Assembly: GCA_041483895.1 (NCBI GenBank)
Contig: JBGPGO010000013.1
Span: 32,001 to 96,000, forward strand
DNA length: 64,000 nt
Reading direction: 5' to 3'
Origin: Fimbriimonadia bacterium
GTDB taxonomy: Bacteria > Armatimonadota > Fimbriimonadia > Fimbriimonadales > JABRVX01
Positions 36,897-45,939 of the stretch are shown here, in pieces (within the stretch, counting starts at the first letter, position 1; each line of letters opens with the position of its first letter). The position numbers and the translations under genes are program-made. The notes below the pieces were generated by a model. The model was not told the origin of the DNA. It did no database searches and worked only from the letters and a program-made list of their open reading frames with translations.

Positions 36897-37301
36897 TCAC
36901 GATCTTGGCCTGCACGCAGGGGACGCCGGCGTTGTCGACAATCCAGATTCGTCAGGATCAAAAATGTCGCCGAAAGGCGTGCCAACCTCCGTAAAATCCT
37001 GCCCCCCGGCAACAAGGACTCTGCCGTCGGGCAGCGCGCAATGCCCCGCACAGAGCATGATGTTGTGATCATTTGGTTTATGGTCATCCGTCAGTTCTTC
37101 GGGAAAATCCTCAGTCGCCGAGTCCCACAGCCAACAGTCAGGGGTCGTGTAGTGCACAACGTTATCCACGACATACCTCTTACCGTATCCCCAAATCAGC
37201 ACCTTGCCCGTTCTGAGCAAAACCATATGTACGGCCGTTAGAATGTCGTCCTCCGAATCTCCTCTCGCCCATTGAACCGCTACCCCCCAAGAACCAGCCA
37301 T
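36897..37301 (-). pseudogene. N-terminal fragment of galactose/glyoxal oxidase-like kelch protein
   Basis: AVHMVLLRTGKVLIWG and MLCAGHCALPDGRVLVAGG, ends after 134 aa. Confidence 0.6.
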
Positions 37302-37304
37302 TTT

Positions 37305-37988
37305 CTACCTCCTATTCCGCCTTCGCAACATAGCCGCACCGACACCGGTGATCGCAGTGATTAGGCTCGCCGGTTCCGCCACTACCTCAATCGAGTCGAC
37401 ATATAGTGGCGCAAACCCCACCCCGTCATTTGGTCCGGCAAAGTACATCCCGGCTGCTCCTACGTCGTATAATCTCGTCATGGGACCATGCGCCACAAGG
37501 CTGCCGTCGAAATATGCCCAAATGGTTCCTGCGACGCGCACGAACCTGAATTCATGCATTCCGCCGGGGGGCAATGGGATAGGGAAAGAACCCATTCCAT
37601 CCGCATAAGCCTTCAAGGTCGCCCCCGTCGGAGTCTGGGCGAATGAAATCCCCGCAAGCATCGTTGCGCCGAAGTCATCGTTAAGGTCGCCAACACCGAT
37701 GGTCATTCTCTGTTCAGTGCCTGGATCCCAACCAAACACGGTGGTAAATTGGAAGTCGTAATGGCTGTCTACAGCCGTTCTCACTTCAACGGCGCTGAAA
37801 CCTGTGGGGTCGCCGTCGAGCCCGTTCACTTTGAGCAGGCTGTTGGCCACGACATAGTGCAACTGACCCTGATGCCCAAAGTTGGAGATTTTCCAGTTGG
37901 ACCCGAGCTTATTCCCGTCGAAGCCGTCGAAGAATGCTTGCGACATCAACGGAACGACCACGATTGATAGAGCGACTAACCTTCTCAT
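37305..37988 (-). CDS. PEP-CTERM-like protein (AEP variant), beta-sandwich-like
   Basis: Signal peptide; VVAEPASLITAITGVGAAMLRRRNRR. Confidence 0.8.
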   Translation of the reverse strand: MRRLVALSIVVVPLMSQAFFDGFDGNKLGSNWKISNFGHQGQLHYVVANSLLKVNGLDGDPTGFSAVEVRTAVDSHYDFQFTTVFGWDPGTEQRMTIGVGDLNDDFGATMLAGISFAQTPTGATLKAYADGMGSFPIPLPPGGMHEFRFVRVAGTIWAYFDGSLVAHGPMTRLYDVGAAGMYFAGPNDGVGFAPLYVDSIEVVAEPASLITAITGVGAAMLRRRNRR

Positions 37989-38034
37989 TTTCTTCCCCCC
38001 GGTTCCAATTCATCCGCTTCGCGCAACGCCACCA

Positions 38035-38250
38035 TCAAAAGACCAATCCGCTACGAATACATAGTAAACGATCCGCCCCGATTTGACAAGGGGTTACGGA
38101 AAAATCAATAATCCGCGGACACAATCTGCTTGACGTAAGGCCGGAACGGTATGCCCAGACAAGGACCTTGCCGGTGAGCACATGGACCATGTGTGCAGCG
38201 ACCAGTGGGGTTAGTGCTCCGTCTTGCCCAACGGCCGCCGGATGCATCAT
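38035..38250 (-). pseudogene. Second short galactose-oxidase-like N-terminal relic
   Basis: PLVAAHMVHVLTGKVLVWAY; ATG overlaps upstream TGA (ATGA). Confidence 0.45.
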
Positions 38251-38987
38251 CGAGATCGGATTCGCTCCCACACATCTCCAAGAGTCGGCTGCCGAATCAC
38301 TACTGCCTCGACATTGCCATAGCCGTCCCGTAACAGCTGCGCAGATCGATCCAGGCCATGATCCGTGACAAGACGCAGCGTCCCGCCTTCCGGGCTGGCC
38401 GTCACCCGCATCGGCGCGACCAGCGAACGCAATCCGGAGGGGTCCGCCGTCTCGATCACGATCTCTTCCCTGCCCTCGCCCGCAACCAGGTCGGAAGGCG
38501 AGCCGTCCGCGGCGACCCGGCCCCGGTGAAGCATGACAACGCGCGGAAACAGCTCCGCAATCTCGGTCCGCCGCGTCGCGACCACAACACACGATCCCTG
38601 TCGGGATAACCGGAGCAGCTCGGCAATCGCGCGCTTCGTCAAGTGGTTCGGCAGCAGGTCGAGGGCGCAGTCGATGAGCAGCAAGTCCGCCGTGGCTGCA
38701 ATCCCCGCGGCAACCGCCAACGCATAGTTTTGCGACTGCGAAAGCGTCCTGCCGTCATTCGACCGGATGTCCCACAGATCAAACACCGCAAGCAGGTGGC
38801 CGTCCTTAAGTCGCGTGGCCGGCGTTGCAGCGCGGGCCTCCACGATTTCCGGTACGAGATGCCGCGACTTTGGGGCCTCGCCTGCCCGGATGGAGCGAAA
38901 CAGCTCCGACTTTCCCGCACCAAGAATCGCGGCGACGTCGGATCCCAACTGAAGCTGCATGGATTTCAACCGGAGGAAGCCTCGCAT
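38247..38987 (-). CDS. Degenerate ABC-type ATP-binding-like protein
   Basis: ILGAGKSEL, LSQSQ, LLLIDCALDLL, VVMLHRGRVAADGSPSDL, PTLGDVW; start uncertain. Confidence 0.6.
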   Translation of the reverse strand: MRGFLRLKSMQLQLGSDVAAILGAGKSELFRSIRAGEAPKSRHLVPEIVEARAATPATRLKDGHLLAVFDLWDIRSNDGRTLSQSQNYALAVAAGIAATADLLLIDCALDLLPNHLTKRAIAELLRLSRQGSCVVVATRRTEIAELFPRVVMLHRGRVAADGSPSDLVAGEGREEIVIETADPSGLRSLVAPMRVTASPEGGTLRLVTDHGLDRSAQLLRDGYGNVEAVVIRQPTLGDVWERIRSR

Positions 38988-39062
38988 AATTCCAAGATTC
39001 GACCGCCCGGTTCCAGTTCCTTGGCAAGGACAACCTCGACAGGAGGCGAATAGAAAATCGTC

Positions 39063-39791
39063 TTGGAACGCCGGAAGCCCTCTATCAACGAACCCGTCAC
39101 GCTGCTTCGCCGTGTCCCCATTCAGGAATGCGGCGATCCGCTTGCTGATTTCACGAAGGTCTGCCCGCAACTGCTTATTGATCCTCCTCGCTTTCGGTAC
39201 CGCCGAGAGACGCTGATCCGGGCGCCGGTTGCCGAGATGCTGTGCAAGGCGGCAAACTCTCTGCCCGAGGGCTACCGTCTCGCCATCGTCGAGGGATGGC
39301 GGCCGCCCCATATCCAAAGGCGCATGTACCAGTGGAGCTGGAACCGCTTCGCCGAACGGCATCCGGAATGGTCGGAGGCGCAGCTGAAGCGGGTCGTCAA
39401 TCGGTTCACCGCTCCGCTCAACGACCGGGTCCCTCCACCCCATTCAACCGGGGGGGCGGTTGACCTGACGCTCTATGGCGCGGACGGCAAGCCGGCTGAA
39501 TTTCGCAAACCCTACCCGTGGATGGACACCCGCGCCTACCCGTTCGACGCCCCCGGACTGGGCGAGGAAGCGCGGCGAAATCGCCAGATCCTCGCCGAGG
39601 CGCTGTTGCGGACCGGCCTCACGAACTATCCCAGCGAGTATTGGCATTGGAGCTATGGCGACCAGGGCTGGGCCTATCGCGGCCACCATCCGCACGCCCT
39701 GTTCGGACCCATCGTGCCGCCGGACTATGAACCCGCCCCGGAGGACCTTGCCGAGGGACCGCTGGAGTGGATCTACCCGCCGGAAGAGTAA
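39063..39791 (+). CDS. D-Ala-D-Ala dipeptidase, M15/VanX-DdpX family
   Basis: EGWRP, PHSTGGAVDLTL, YPSEYWHWSYGD. Confidence 0.9.
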   Translation: MERRKPSINEPVTLLRRVPIQECGDPLADFTKVCPQLLIDPPRFRYRRETLIRAPVAEMLCKAANSLPEGYRLAIVEGWRPPHIQRRMYQWSWNRFAERHPEWSEAQLKRVVNRFTAPLNDRVPPPHSTGGAVDLTLYGADGKPAEFRKPYPWMDTRAYPFDAPGLGEEARRNRQILAEALLRTGLTNYPSEYWHWSYGDQGWAYRGHHPHALFGPIVPPDYEPAPEDLAEGPLEWIYPPEE

Positions 39792-39848
39792 ATGCCATTC
39801 AGTTGCGCCGTTTGTGGTAATGTTGCTTCCGGTAGGAGGTTCTTCTAG

Positions 39849-40958
39849 ATGAGCATTTCGGTTGCCTACTTGCTGGCGGGTATGTTTGGGCTGGCGGCCC
39901 ACTCCGGTTCCGCTGTCAATCCGAAGTCCATTGTCGTCTCCGTATCGCCTTCAGGGCAAATGAACAACGCGTGGTGCGATAGCCCAAGCATCAGTTGGAC
40001 GGGGAGGTTCATTGCCTTCTCCAGCAGGGCGTCGAACCTAGTCCCCGGCGACAAACCGGATACAAGCGACGTCTTTGTTCGGGACCGCGATCCAGATGGA
40101 AATGGCATCTTCGAACCGCAGAATTCAAGGACAATATTGATAAGCAGAACGACCAACGGTGGACCAGCAGGTTCGTCGTACAAGCCCGCAATCAGCCCCG
40201 ATGGCCGGTTTGTTACGTTTCTTTCTTCGTCTAAGAGTTTGTTGGCGGACTCAACAGACGCCGATCAGGATGAGCTCATAGCCGATCTTGATGCCGACGG
40301 CAATGGAATCTTTCGTGGCAGCCCAAAGATTGAACGGCACTCGGAGAAAATGGCGGCGGGCAAGAGACCCCCGAGTTCACTCCACTTTACGGCTGGCGAC
40401 GTTGTTGCCTCCTTAGTTTATGAGAAGGAAGCGAAGTTCCTGGCCGGGATCGATTCATTTAGCTCATCAGGAAGATTCATCGCCTTTGCTTCGCAGATAA
40501 GGATGACGAAAGATGCTCAGAATCCAACAGACATCTATCTATTCGACTGCCGCACAAACGCCGTAACGCTCGTATCAGACTTCAACGGCGCCGGATTGCA
40601 GAATCCGTTTGTCAACAGCTCCGGAGATCGAATTATTTTTGACACGGCGAACAATATCGCTCTGGCAACCCTCAGGCCCACAGGCAAGTTCAAGGTTGAA
40701 CTTATCAATGGCAGCCACCCTTCAATGAGCGATGACGGAAAGTTCGTCGCCTTTATCGGCCGGGAAAGACAGAACGGGAAAGAGCAATTTGTCTACCGCC
40801 TCCTGAATCGTAAGACAGGGAATATTCGCGACTTTGATGAGGCGCCTGGCGACAACGAGCTTTTCCGTCCGAGCCTGAGCGGGGATGGAAGGAATATCGC
40901 TTACGTCGATTCCAAGAGCGGCGCGATACGTATTGTTCGCACCATGGATGTTTTGTAG
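39849..40958 (+). CDS. Secreted TolB/PD40-type beta-propeller without dockerin tail
   Basis: PAISPDGRFVTF, SDVFVRDR, two DxDxDGNGIF loops. Confidence 0.75.
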   Translation: MSISVAYLLAGMFGLAAHSGSAVNPKSIVVSVSPSGQMNNAWCDSPSISWTGRFIAFSSRASNLVPGDKPDTSDVFVRDRDPDGNGIFEPQNSRTILISRTTNGGPAGSSYKPAISPDGRFVTFLSSSKSLLADSTDADQDELIADLDADGNGIFRGSPKIERHSEKMAAGKRPPSSLHFTAGDVVASLVYEKEAKFLAGIDSFSSSGRFIAFASQIRMTKDAQNPTDIYLFDCRTNAVTLVSDFNGAGLQNPFVNSSGDRIIFDTANNIALATLRPTGKFKVELINGSHPSMSDDGKFVAFIGRERQNGKEQFVYRLLNRKTGNIRDFDEAPGDNELFRPSLSGDGRNIAYVDSKSGAIRIVRTMDVL

Positions 40959-41021
40959 CGCCTCCCGCTGCGGTACAGTCCCCTAACTTTGGTACCGAAA
41001 ATCCCCTTTGAGGTAGCACGC

Positions 41022-41663
41022 ATGACCCGAATTGAAGAGTCGCTGCGACAGACCTGTGTAATCCCTGTTGCAGTCATAGACGACGCCGAAGATGCCCTGC
41101 CGCTGGTAGACGCCCTCATCGCCGGCGGAATCAACGCGCTGGAACTGGCCCTGCGAACGGACGCCGCGCCGGAGGCGATCGCGACGATTGCCAAGGAGCG
41201 GCCCGGCTTCATCCTGGGCGCCGGGACGGTCCTCACACCGGACCAGATGCGAAAGTGCCTCCACTCCGGCGTCAAATTCGCGGTCTCTCCAGGACTTTCT
41301 ACGGAACTGGTGCGGAAAGCCGCCGAGCTGCGGCTGCCCTACTTCCCCGGCGTCGCCACCCCGACGGAGGTCCAGGCCGCCGTCGCGCTGGGCTGCCGCG
41401 TGATGAAGCTGTTTCCGGCAGAGGTCAGCGGCGGCGTCCAACTCGTACGGGCGCTGCATTCCGTTTTCGGCCACCTGGGCGTCTCGTACATCCCGCTCGG
41501 TGGGCTGGGGCTGACCGAGGCGGCGGCGTACCTGGAGGAGCCCGGAATTCTTGCGGTCGGCGGGTCGTGGATCGCTCCCCGAAGGGCGATTGCGAACAAG
41601 GACTGGACCTCCATCGAGCAGCACGCGCGGGAGGCTGCCGCGCTACAATTGGCGCATGTCTAA
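41022..41663 (+). CDS. eda: KHG/KDPG aldolase
   Basis: ELALRT, GAGTVL, VSPG, PGVATPTE, KLFPA, VGGSW. Confidence 0.95.
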   Translation: MTRIEESLRQTCVIPVAVIDDAEDALPLVDALIAGGINALELALRTDAAPEAIATIAKERPGFILGAGTVLTPDQMRKCLHSGVKFAVSPGLSTELVRKAAELRLPYFPGVATPTEVQAAVALGCRVMKLFPAEVSGGVQLVRALHSVFGHLGVSYIPLGGLGLTEAAAYLEEPGILAVGGSWIAPRRAIANKDWTSIEQHAREAAALQLAHV

Positions 41664-42738
41664 CCGGGTCGTCACGTTTGGCGAAGTGATGCTTCGAGTT
41701 ATCCCGCCGGACCTCCAAACATTCCGGCAATCTCTTCCTGGTTCCGCCATGTTGCGATTTGGCGGCGCGGAGGCCAATGTTGCTGCTTCCGTTGCCGTTT
41801 TGGGGGGCTCATCAGTTTTTGTTTCCGCACTCCCACGGCATTCGATTGCCGACGCTTGTCTGGCGCAATTGCGAGGTCTTGGTGTGGATGTCGGGCATGT
41901 ATCGCGCACAGATTTTGGCCGGATGGGAATCTATTTTGTGGAGACGGGGGCGAACCAGCGGCCCTCCACCGTGGTGTACGATCGCGACGGCTCATCCTTA
42001 TCGCTCGCGCCGCCCGACCACTTTCCCTGGCGGGAGATCCTGCGGCCGGGCGATTGGCTGCATGTTTCCGGCATCACTCCGGCCCTTAGCGAGAACGCAG
42101 CTTTCGCGACGCGGCGGGCGGTGGAAACGGCGAAGTCTGTCGGGTGCTCGGTTTCATTGGATATGAATTTTCGCGCGAAGCTGTGGCGATGGAAGCCGGG
42201 GGTATCAGCAAAGGAATTGGCCCGCGATACGATATCGGGGCTGTTGCAGTCGGTCGATCTGCTGATTGGCAACGAAGAGGACGCCGAGTCGGTGGTCGGC
42301 ATCCGCGCCGAGGAGACTGAAGTTGAGACCGGTCAAATTCATCACGAACGATACGCGTCCGTGGCGGCGGAGATCGTAAAGCGGCATCCGAATGTGCAGC
42401 AGGTGGCGTTCACGCTGCGCGGCAGCGTCTCGGCGTCGCACAACACGTGGTCGGGGATGCTGTTCCAGGACGGCGAGACATACTTTGCGCCGATGATTGA
42501 TGGGCAGTTGCGTCCGTACGAGATAACGCACATCGTCGATCGGGTCGGGGCGGGGGATAGTTTTGTGGCCGGCTTACTGTTTTCTCTGATGCAAGGCCGA
42601 CACCCGCAAGATGCCATCGCGTTTGCCACAGCGGCTTCCTGCTTGAAGCATTCGATACCGGGGGATTACAACATGAGCTCCGTGGCGGATGTCGAAGCGC
42701 TTCTGTCCGGTTCCGGTTCCGGTCGCGTAATTCGATAA
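41656..42738 (+). CDS. kdgK: 2-dehydro-3-deoxygluconokinase (PfkB family)
   Basis: TFGEVMLR, GGAEANVA, SGITPAL, DMNFRAKLW, DRVGAGDSF; coupled to eda. Confidence 0.88.
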   Translation: MSNRVVTFGEVMLRVIPPDLQTFRQSLPGSAMLRFGGAEANVAASVAVLGGSSVFVSALPRHSIADACLAQLRGLGVDVGHVSRTDFGRMGIYFVETGANQRPSTVVYDRDGSSLSLAPPDHFPWREILRPGDWLHVSGITPALSENAAFATRRAVETAKSVGCSVSLDMNFRAKLWRWKPGVSAKELARDTISGLLQSVDLLIGNEEDAESVVGIRAEETEVETGQIHHERYASVAAEIVKRHPNVQQVAFTLRGSVSASHNTWSGMLFQDGETYFAPMIDGQLRPYEITHIVDRVGAGDSFVAGLLFSLMQGRHPQDAIAFATAASCLKHSIPGDYNMSSVADVEALLSGSGSGRVIR

Positions 42739-42744
42739 CTACGC

Positions 42745-42847
42745 TTGTCATTCCGAGCTTGCGAGGAATCTGGCGGTAGTTGAGTGCAGTGGTTGACGAA
42801 AAGTGTATTCCGACGAGGGGAGATTCCTCGCAAGCTCGGAATGACAA
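42745..42847. repeat. Perfect 27-bp inverted repeat element (GTCATT...AATGAC REP/MITE-like)
   Basis: TTGTCATTCCGAGCTTGCGAGGAATCT (42745-42771) and exact reverse complement (42821-42847). Confidence 0.88.
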
Positions 42848-42866
42848 CCTCCTATTAAATCGAGAG

Positions 42867-42891
42867 CTTTCATTGCCGATCGCATCGTCAA
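42867..42891. repeat. Solo copy of 25-mer also present at 2867-2891
   Basis: Identical CTTTCATTGCCGATCGCATCGTCAA; contains the TGA of the 42888-43868 gene. Confidence 0.85.
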
Positions 42892-43868
42892 CGGGCGGAG
42901 ATCAACTTCCCCTTGTCATCATATCGGTTGAAGTCGAACACATACACCCACCAATTGTTAAGCCGCCCATCGATGTTCCAACCCGGTCTATGCGGGAGGT
43001 GGGAAAACCACCAATTCATATAGTTTCGATGGTAGTCCGGCCCACCCCAGGTCTCGCAGCTGACAGCCTTTTTCGCGCCGGTCAGTTTCGGGTAATTCAG
43101 CCAATCGTCGGCATCGCTCTGCACCAGCCGCTTGTTGCCGTAGTCATAATCGTGCTCGGCGTTCGGCGGCCAGTGACAGGTACCACATGACGCGGTCCCG
43201 GACTGCTTGTCGTTCGCGGCGTACTTCGCCCAATTCGATGTCAGTTCCTCCGCTTTCCAGCCGCCGGATACGCGCGCCATTGTGCTCTCGGTCCGATGGC
43301 AGAGGTCATGGAGCATCTCCGCGACGCCGCGCTCATAGTTGAAGCCCATGATGGCGAACGCCCGCTTGCACGGCACCTTGTCGTACACCTCGCCGTTGAT
43401 GTAGAACGCGCCCTTTCCCGCCATCGCCGATTCGTTATAGCCGAAATAGGGCGCGCCGAAAAACCAGACTTCATCGATCTCGCCCTTTTCGATGCGCGGG
43501 ATGACGCCAAAATCTTGAAAGGTTTTCGGATAATCAGCGGTATCCGGTTGGTGCCACTTGTTCTCTTTGCGCGCCTGCATGTAGTTCTCGGCGGTGTATT
43601 TAAACCCATCTATTTTGATGTGAAAATCGTCCACATCTTTCCACTCGACGATCCGAAACTTGATGAATCCCCGGCTCGATTTTTCCAAATCGGAGATATA
43701 GCCTTTGGCAAGATCGTGCGGGTCGGTCCAGCCGCAAACGGCGTGAAGAAGCTTGTTCCCTTCTTGCGGGATCTTGGGGTCGAAATCGAGGACCAGCACT
43801 TTGACTTCGATCGGTTTATGCGCCGATTGGCCGATTGCCAAAGCGGCGAGGGCAAGAATTAGATTCAT
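42888..43868 (-). CDS. Secreted hypothetical protein, possible zincin-like fold
   Basis: Signal peptide; EMLHDLCHRTES; CGTCH. Confidence 0.65.
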   Translation of the reverse strand: MNLILALAALAIGQSAHKPIEVKVLVLDFDPKIPQEGNKLLHAVCGWTDPHDLAKGYISDLEKSSRGFIKFRIVEWKDVDDFHIKIDGFKYTAENYMQARKENKWHQPDTADYPKTFQDFGVIPRIEKGEIDEVWFFGAPYFGYNESAMAGKGAFYINGEVYDKVPCKRAFAIMGFNYERGVAEMLHDLCHRTESTMARVSGGWKAEELTSNWAKYAANDKQSGTASCGTCHWPPNAEHDYDYGNKRLVQSDADDWLNYPKLTGAKKAVSCETWGGPDYHRNYMNWWFSHLPHRPGWNIDGRLNNWWVYVFDFNRYDDKGKLISAR

Positions 43869-43999
43869 GCAGACATTATAGACTCGGAACGGCGGGGTCT
43901 AGGATATCGGCGTTCGGCTGCGGGCTTGGGGACTCCGCCAACTCCATCCGATTGGCAATTGGACCCGCAGCTACAGGGGGCTGGTCTTACGGGTTGATG

Positions 44000-44374
44000 C
44001 TAGTGACTTCCGCAGGAACCGCAGCCCCCGCCACCGCCACCCTCTTCCGTACTGAAGGAGCTGCCGCAACCACAGGAGCCTGTCGCAGTCGGATTGTCGA
44101 TCTTGAATCCGCCGCCCAAAACGTCGTCCACGTAATCGACCGAGGCCCCGTCCATATAGCTCAGGCTCAGCGCGTCGATCATCACCTTCACGCCCTTCGC
44201 GTCGAAAATCTGATCGTTCTCTTCCGGCGCGGCATCGTCGATCGCCATTCCATATTGCAGGCCCGAGCAGCCTCCGCCGGCCACCCAAACTCGCAGCGCC
44301 GCCGCTCCTTTGTCCTGCTCGGTCATCAGGGTCTTTATCTCCTGCGCCGCTCGGTCTGTAAGCTCAATCGCCAT
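44000..44374 (-). CDS. A-type Fe-S carrier (IscA/ErpA/HesB)
   Basis: GGGCSGLQY, GFKIDNP, CGCGSSF. Confidence 0.95.
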   Translation of the reverse strand: MAIELTDRAAQEIKTLMTEQDKGAAALRVWVAGGGCSGLQYGMAIDDAAPEENDQIFDAKGVKVMIDALSLSYMDGASVDYVDDVLGGGFKIDNPTATGSCGCGSSFSTEEGGGGGGCGSCGSH

Positions 44375-44457
44375 TGGTTTCCCCCGCTTTACTCAGTCTC
44401 ACGAGCATTGTACCAAACTCTACCGATTCCAACGTTCCCCACAGGCGCGAAGTTGCA

Positions 44458-45171
44458 TTATCCTTTGTCGGTGATCGGTTTAACCCAGTATCCGCAATTC
44501 GGACAGTACTTCCAGCCCTTTTCGATGGATAGTTTGCAGTTGGGGCAGCTCATCCCGGATTTTACCGTCGTCCCCGCGCCATCCAGGGTCACTTCGTCCG
44601 AGGGGCGGATGATGCGGATCGAGCCGTCCTGGCGCTGCTCGTACGCCAATTGCGCCGCCTTGGTCACGTTGTCCAGGGCATACTTCAAAGAGACATCGGT
44701 GAAGGAAAGGTTGATGAGATAGTCCGGCACTCCGGTCTCGACCTGAATCGGCACGCCGATTTTGCGGCCGATCTCGTTCATCGCCGTGCGCAAGGCAATC
44801 TTTTCCCGTTTCAGATTCACCTTGCGGGTCATTGTCGCCGTCCAATCATAGTGCGAGGTGGCGACGGCGGTTGGCTGAGGCGTGATGTATGTGATGCCGT
44901 CACGCAACTCGACCTGCAGCTTGGCCTGCTCGACCAGCATGTTGAGGGCCGCGTCGAAATCCAGATCGTACACATTGATGTAGAGCTGCTTGCGGATGGT
45001 CGGGTCCATGATGTAGCTCTTCTTTGCGTCCGCAAAGAGCTTATGGACGATGTCTCGCACGTCTTTGCCCGCCGATTCGATGTTGTATTTCTTCGGCGTC
45101 GTATCGGGCGGATTCTGCGCGACGGCGGCGAGGGTTAGAGTCAGGATGAGAATGGCGATTAGCTTTTTCAT
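44458..45171 (-). CDS. Secreted tandem-STN-domain protein with C-terminal zinc ribbon
   Basis: Signal peptide; two STN-like repeats (DFDAALNML, SLKYALDNV); CPNC-x10-CPNC. Confidence 0.75.
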   Translation of the reverse strand: MKKLIAILILTLTLAAVAQNPPDTTPKKYNIESAGKDVRDIVHKLFADAKKSYIMDPTIRKQLYINVYDLDFDAALNMLVEQAKLQVELRDGITYITPQPTAVATSHYDWTATMTRKVNLKREKIALRTAMNEIGRKIGVPIQVETGVPDYLINLSFTDVSLKYALDNVTKAAQLAYEQRQDGSIRIIRPSDEVTLDGAGTTVKSGMSCPNCKLSIEKGWKYCPNCGYWVKPITDKG

Positions 45172-45183
45172 GGATGGCGCTCC

Positions 45184-45855
45184 TTATTTAGAAAACTGAT
45201 TCCCTGCTCGACCGATTACTTTGCCGTTTGAATCGAAAACTTCCACCGCGGCGGACGGCTTCTTGCGAATGGCCTTATGCGGTCGCGGCGATCGGTGGAC
45301 GATCGTCTTTGTCACAGCGGGCCGCGGCTTCGGCTTGACCGCCACGATCGGCTGAGGTTTTGGTTCGGGTTTGGGTTCTGGCTTTGGCTCAGGTTTAGGA
45401 GCCGGCGGTGGTTTCTTCTGCTCCGTCGTGGCGGACCAATCGAACGAATCCCGCTTGGGCTCCGGCTCTTTCTTTTCTTCCGTTAGGGAAGGGAGACTCG
45501 ACGCGCGCGACCCAAGAAATCTGTCGAGCGGATGCGCTTCTCGGACCCAATATGCGGTTCCCAGGAGGGTTGCCGTAACGGCGACGGCAAGACCAATGCC
45601 GACAAGCCTGTTTCCGGCGGGCGCCGCCCCGATCGACTCGAGCGCCGCGCGGATATCGTCAACCGGCTGCTCGGCTGAGAGAAGCTGCTGCAGTTTCTGG
45701 CGACGAGCGGCTATCTCCACCTGGCAGCGTTCGCACGACTTGACATGGCGTTCGAACTCCGCCCGTTTCGCTTCGGGTTCGAGATCACCGGTCAGGTAGC
45801 GGATCGACCAACTAAGATACTTGCGGCAGTGCAGCGCTCCGAACATAGGCCTCAC
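45184..45855 (-). CDS. zf-HC2 (ZAS) anti-sigma factor-like membrane protein
   Basis: FERHVKSCERC (HxxxCxxC), one TM, PEPK-repeat extracytoplasmic tail. Confidence 0.75.
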   Translation of the reverse strand: MRPMFGALHCRKYLSWSIRYLTGDLEPEAKRAEFERHVKSCERCQVEIAARRQKLQQLLSAEQPVDDIRAALESIGAAPAGNRLVGIGLAVAVTATLLGTAYWVREAHPLDRFLGSRASSLPSLTEEKKEPEPKRDSFDWSATTEQKKPPPAPKPEPKPEPKPEPKPQPIVAVKPKPRPAVTKTIVHRSPRPHKAIRKKPSAAVEVFDSNGKVIGRAGNQFSK

Positions 45856-45939
45856 AATTCACTTTAGGTTTCCGCGACGAAGCGCGGCGGCTGGGTTGCC
45901 CTAGTGAGATTATTGGGGAGGCCGAGGGAATTCTGCAGG

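Noticed and set aside
39063..39791. Vancomycin resistance locus
   Set aside because: Lone M15 dipeptidase without vanH/vanA/vanRS.
43915..43975. Structured RNA downstream of the Fe-S carrier gene
   Set aside because: Only an 8-bp GC stem, expected by chance; it lies upstream of the next gene's -10 box.
45350..45410. PEPK repeat as a DNA repeat element
   Set aside because: Codons are diverged; it is an ordinary Pro-rich protein linker.
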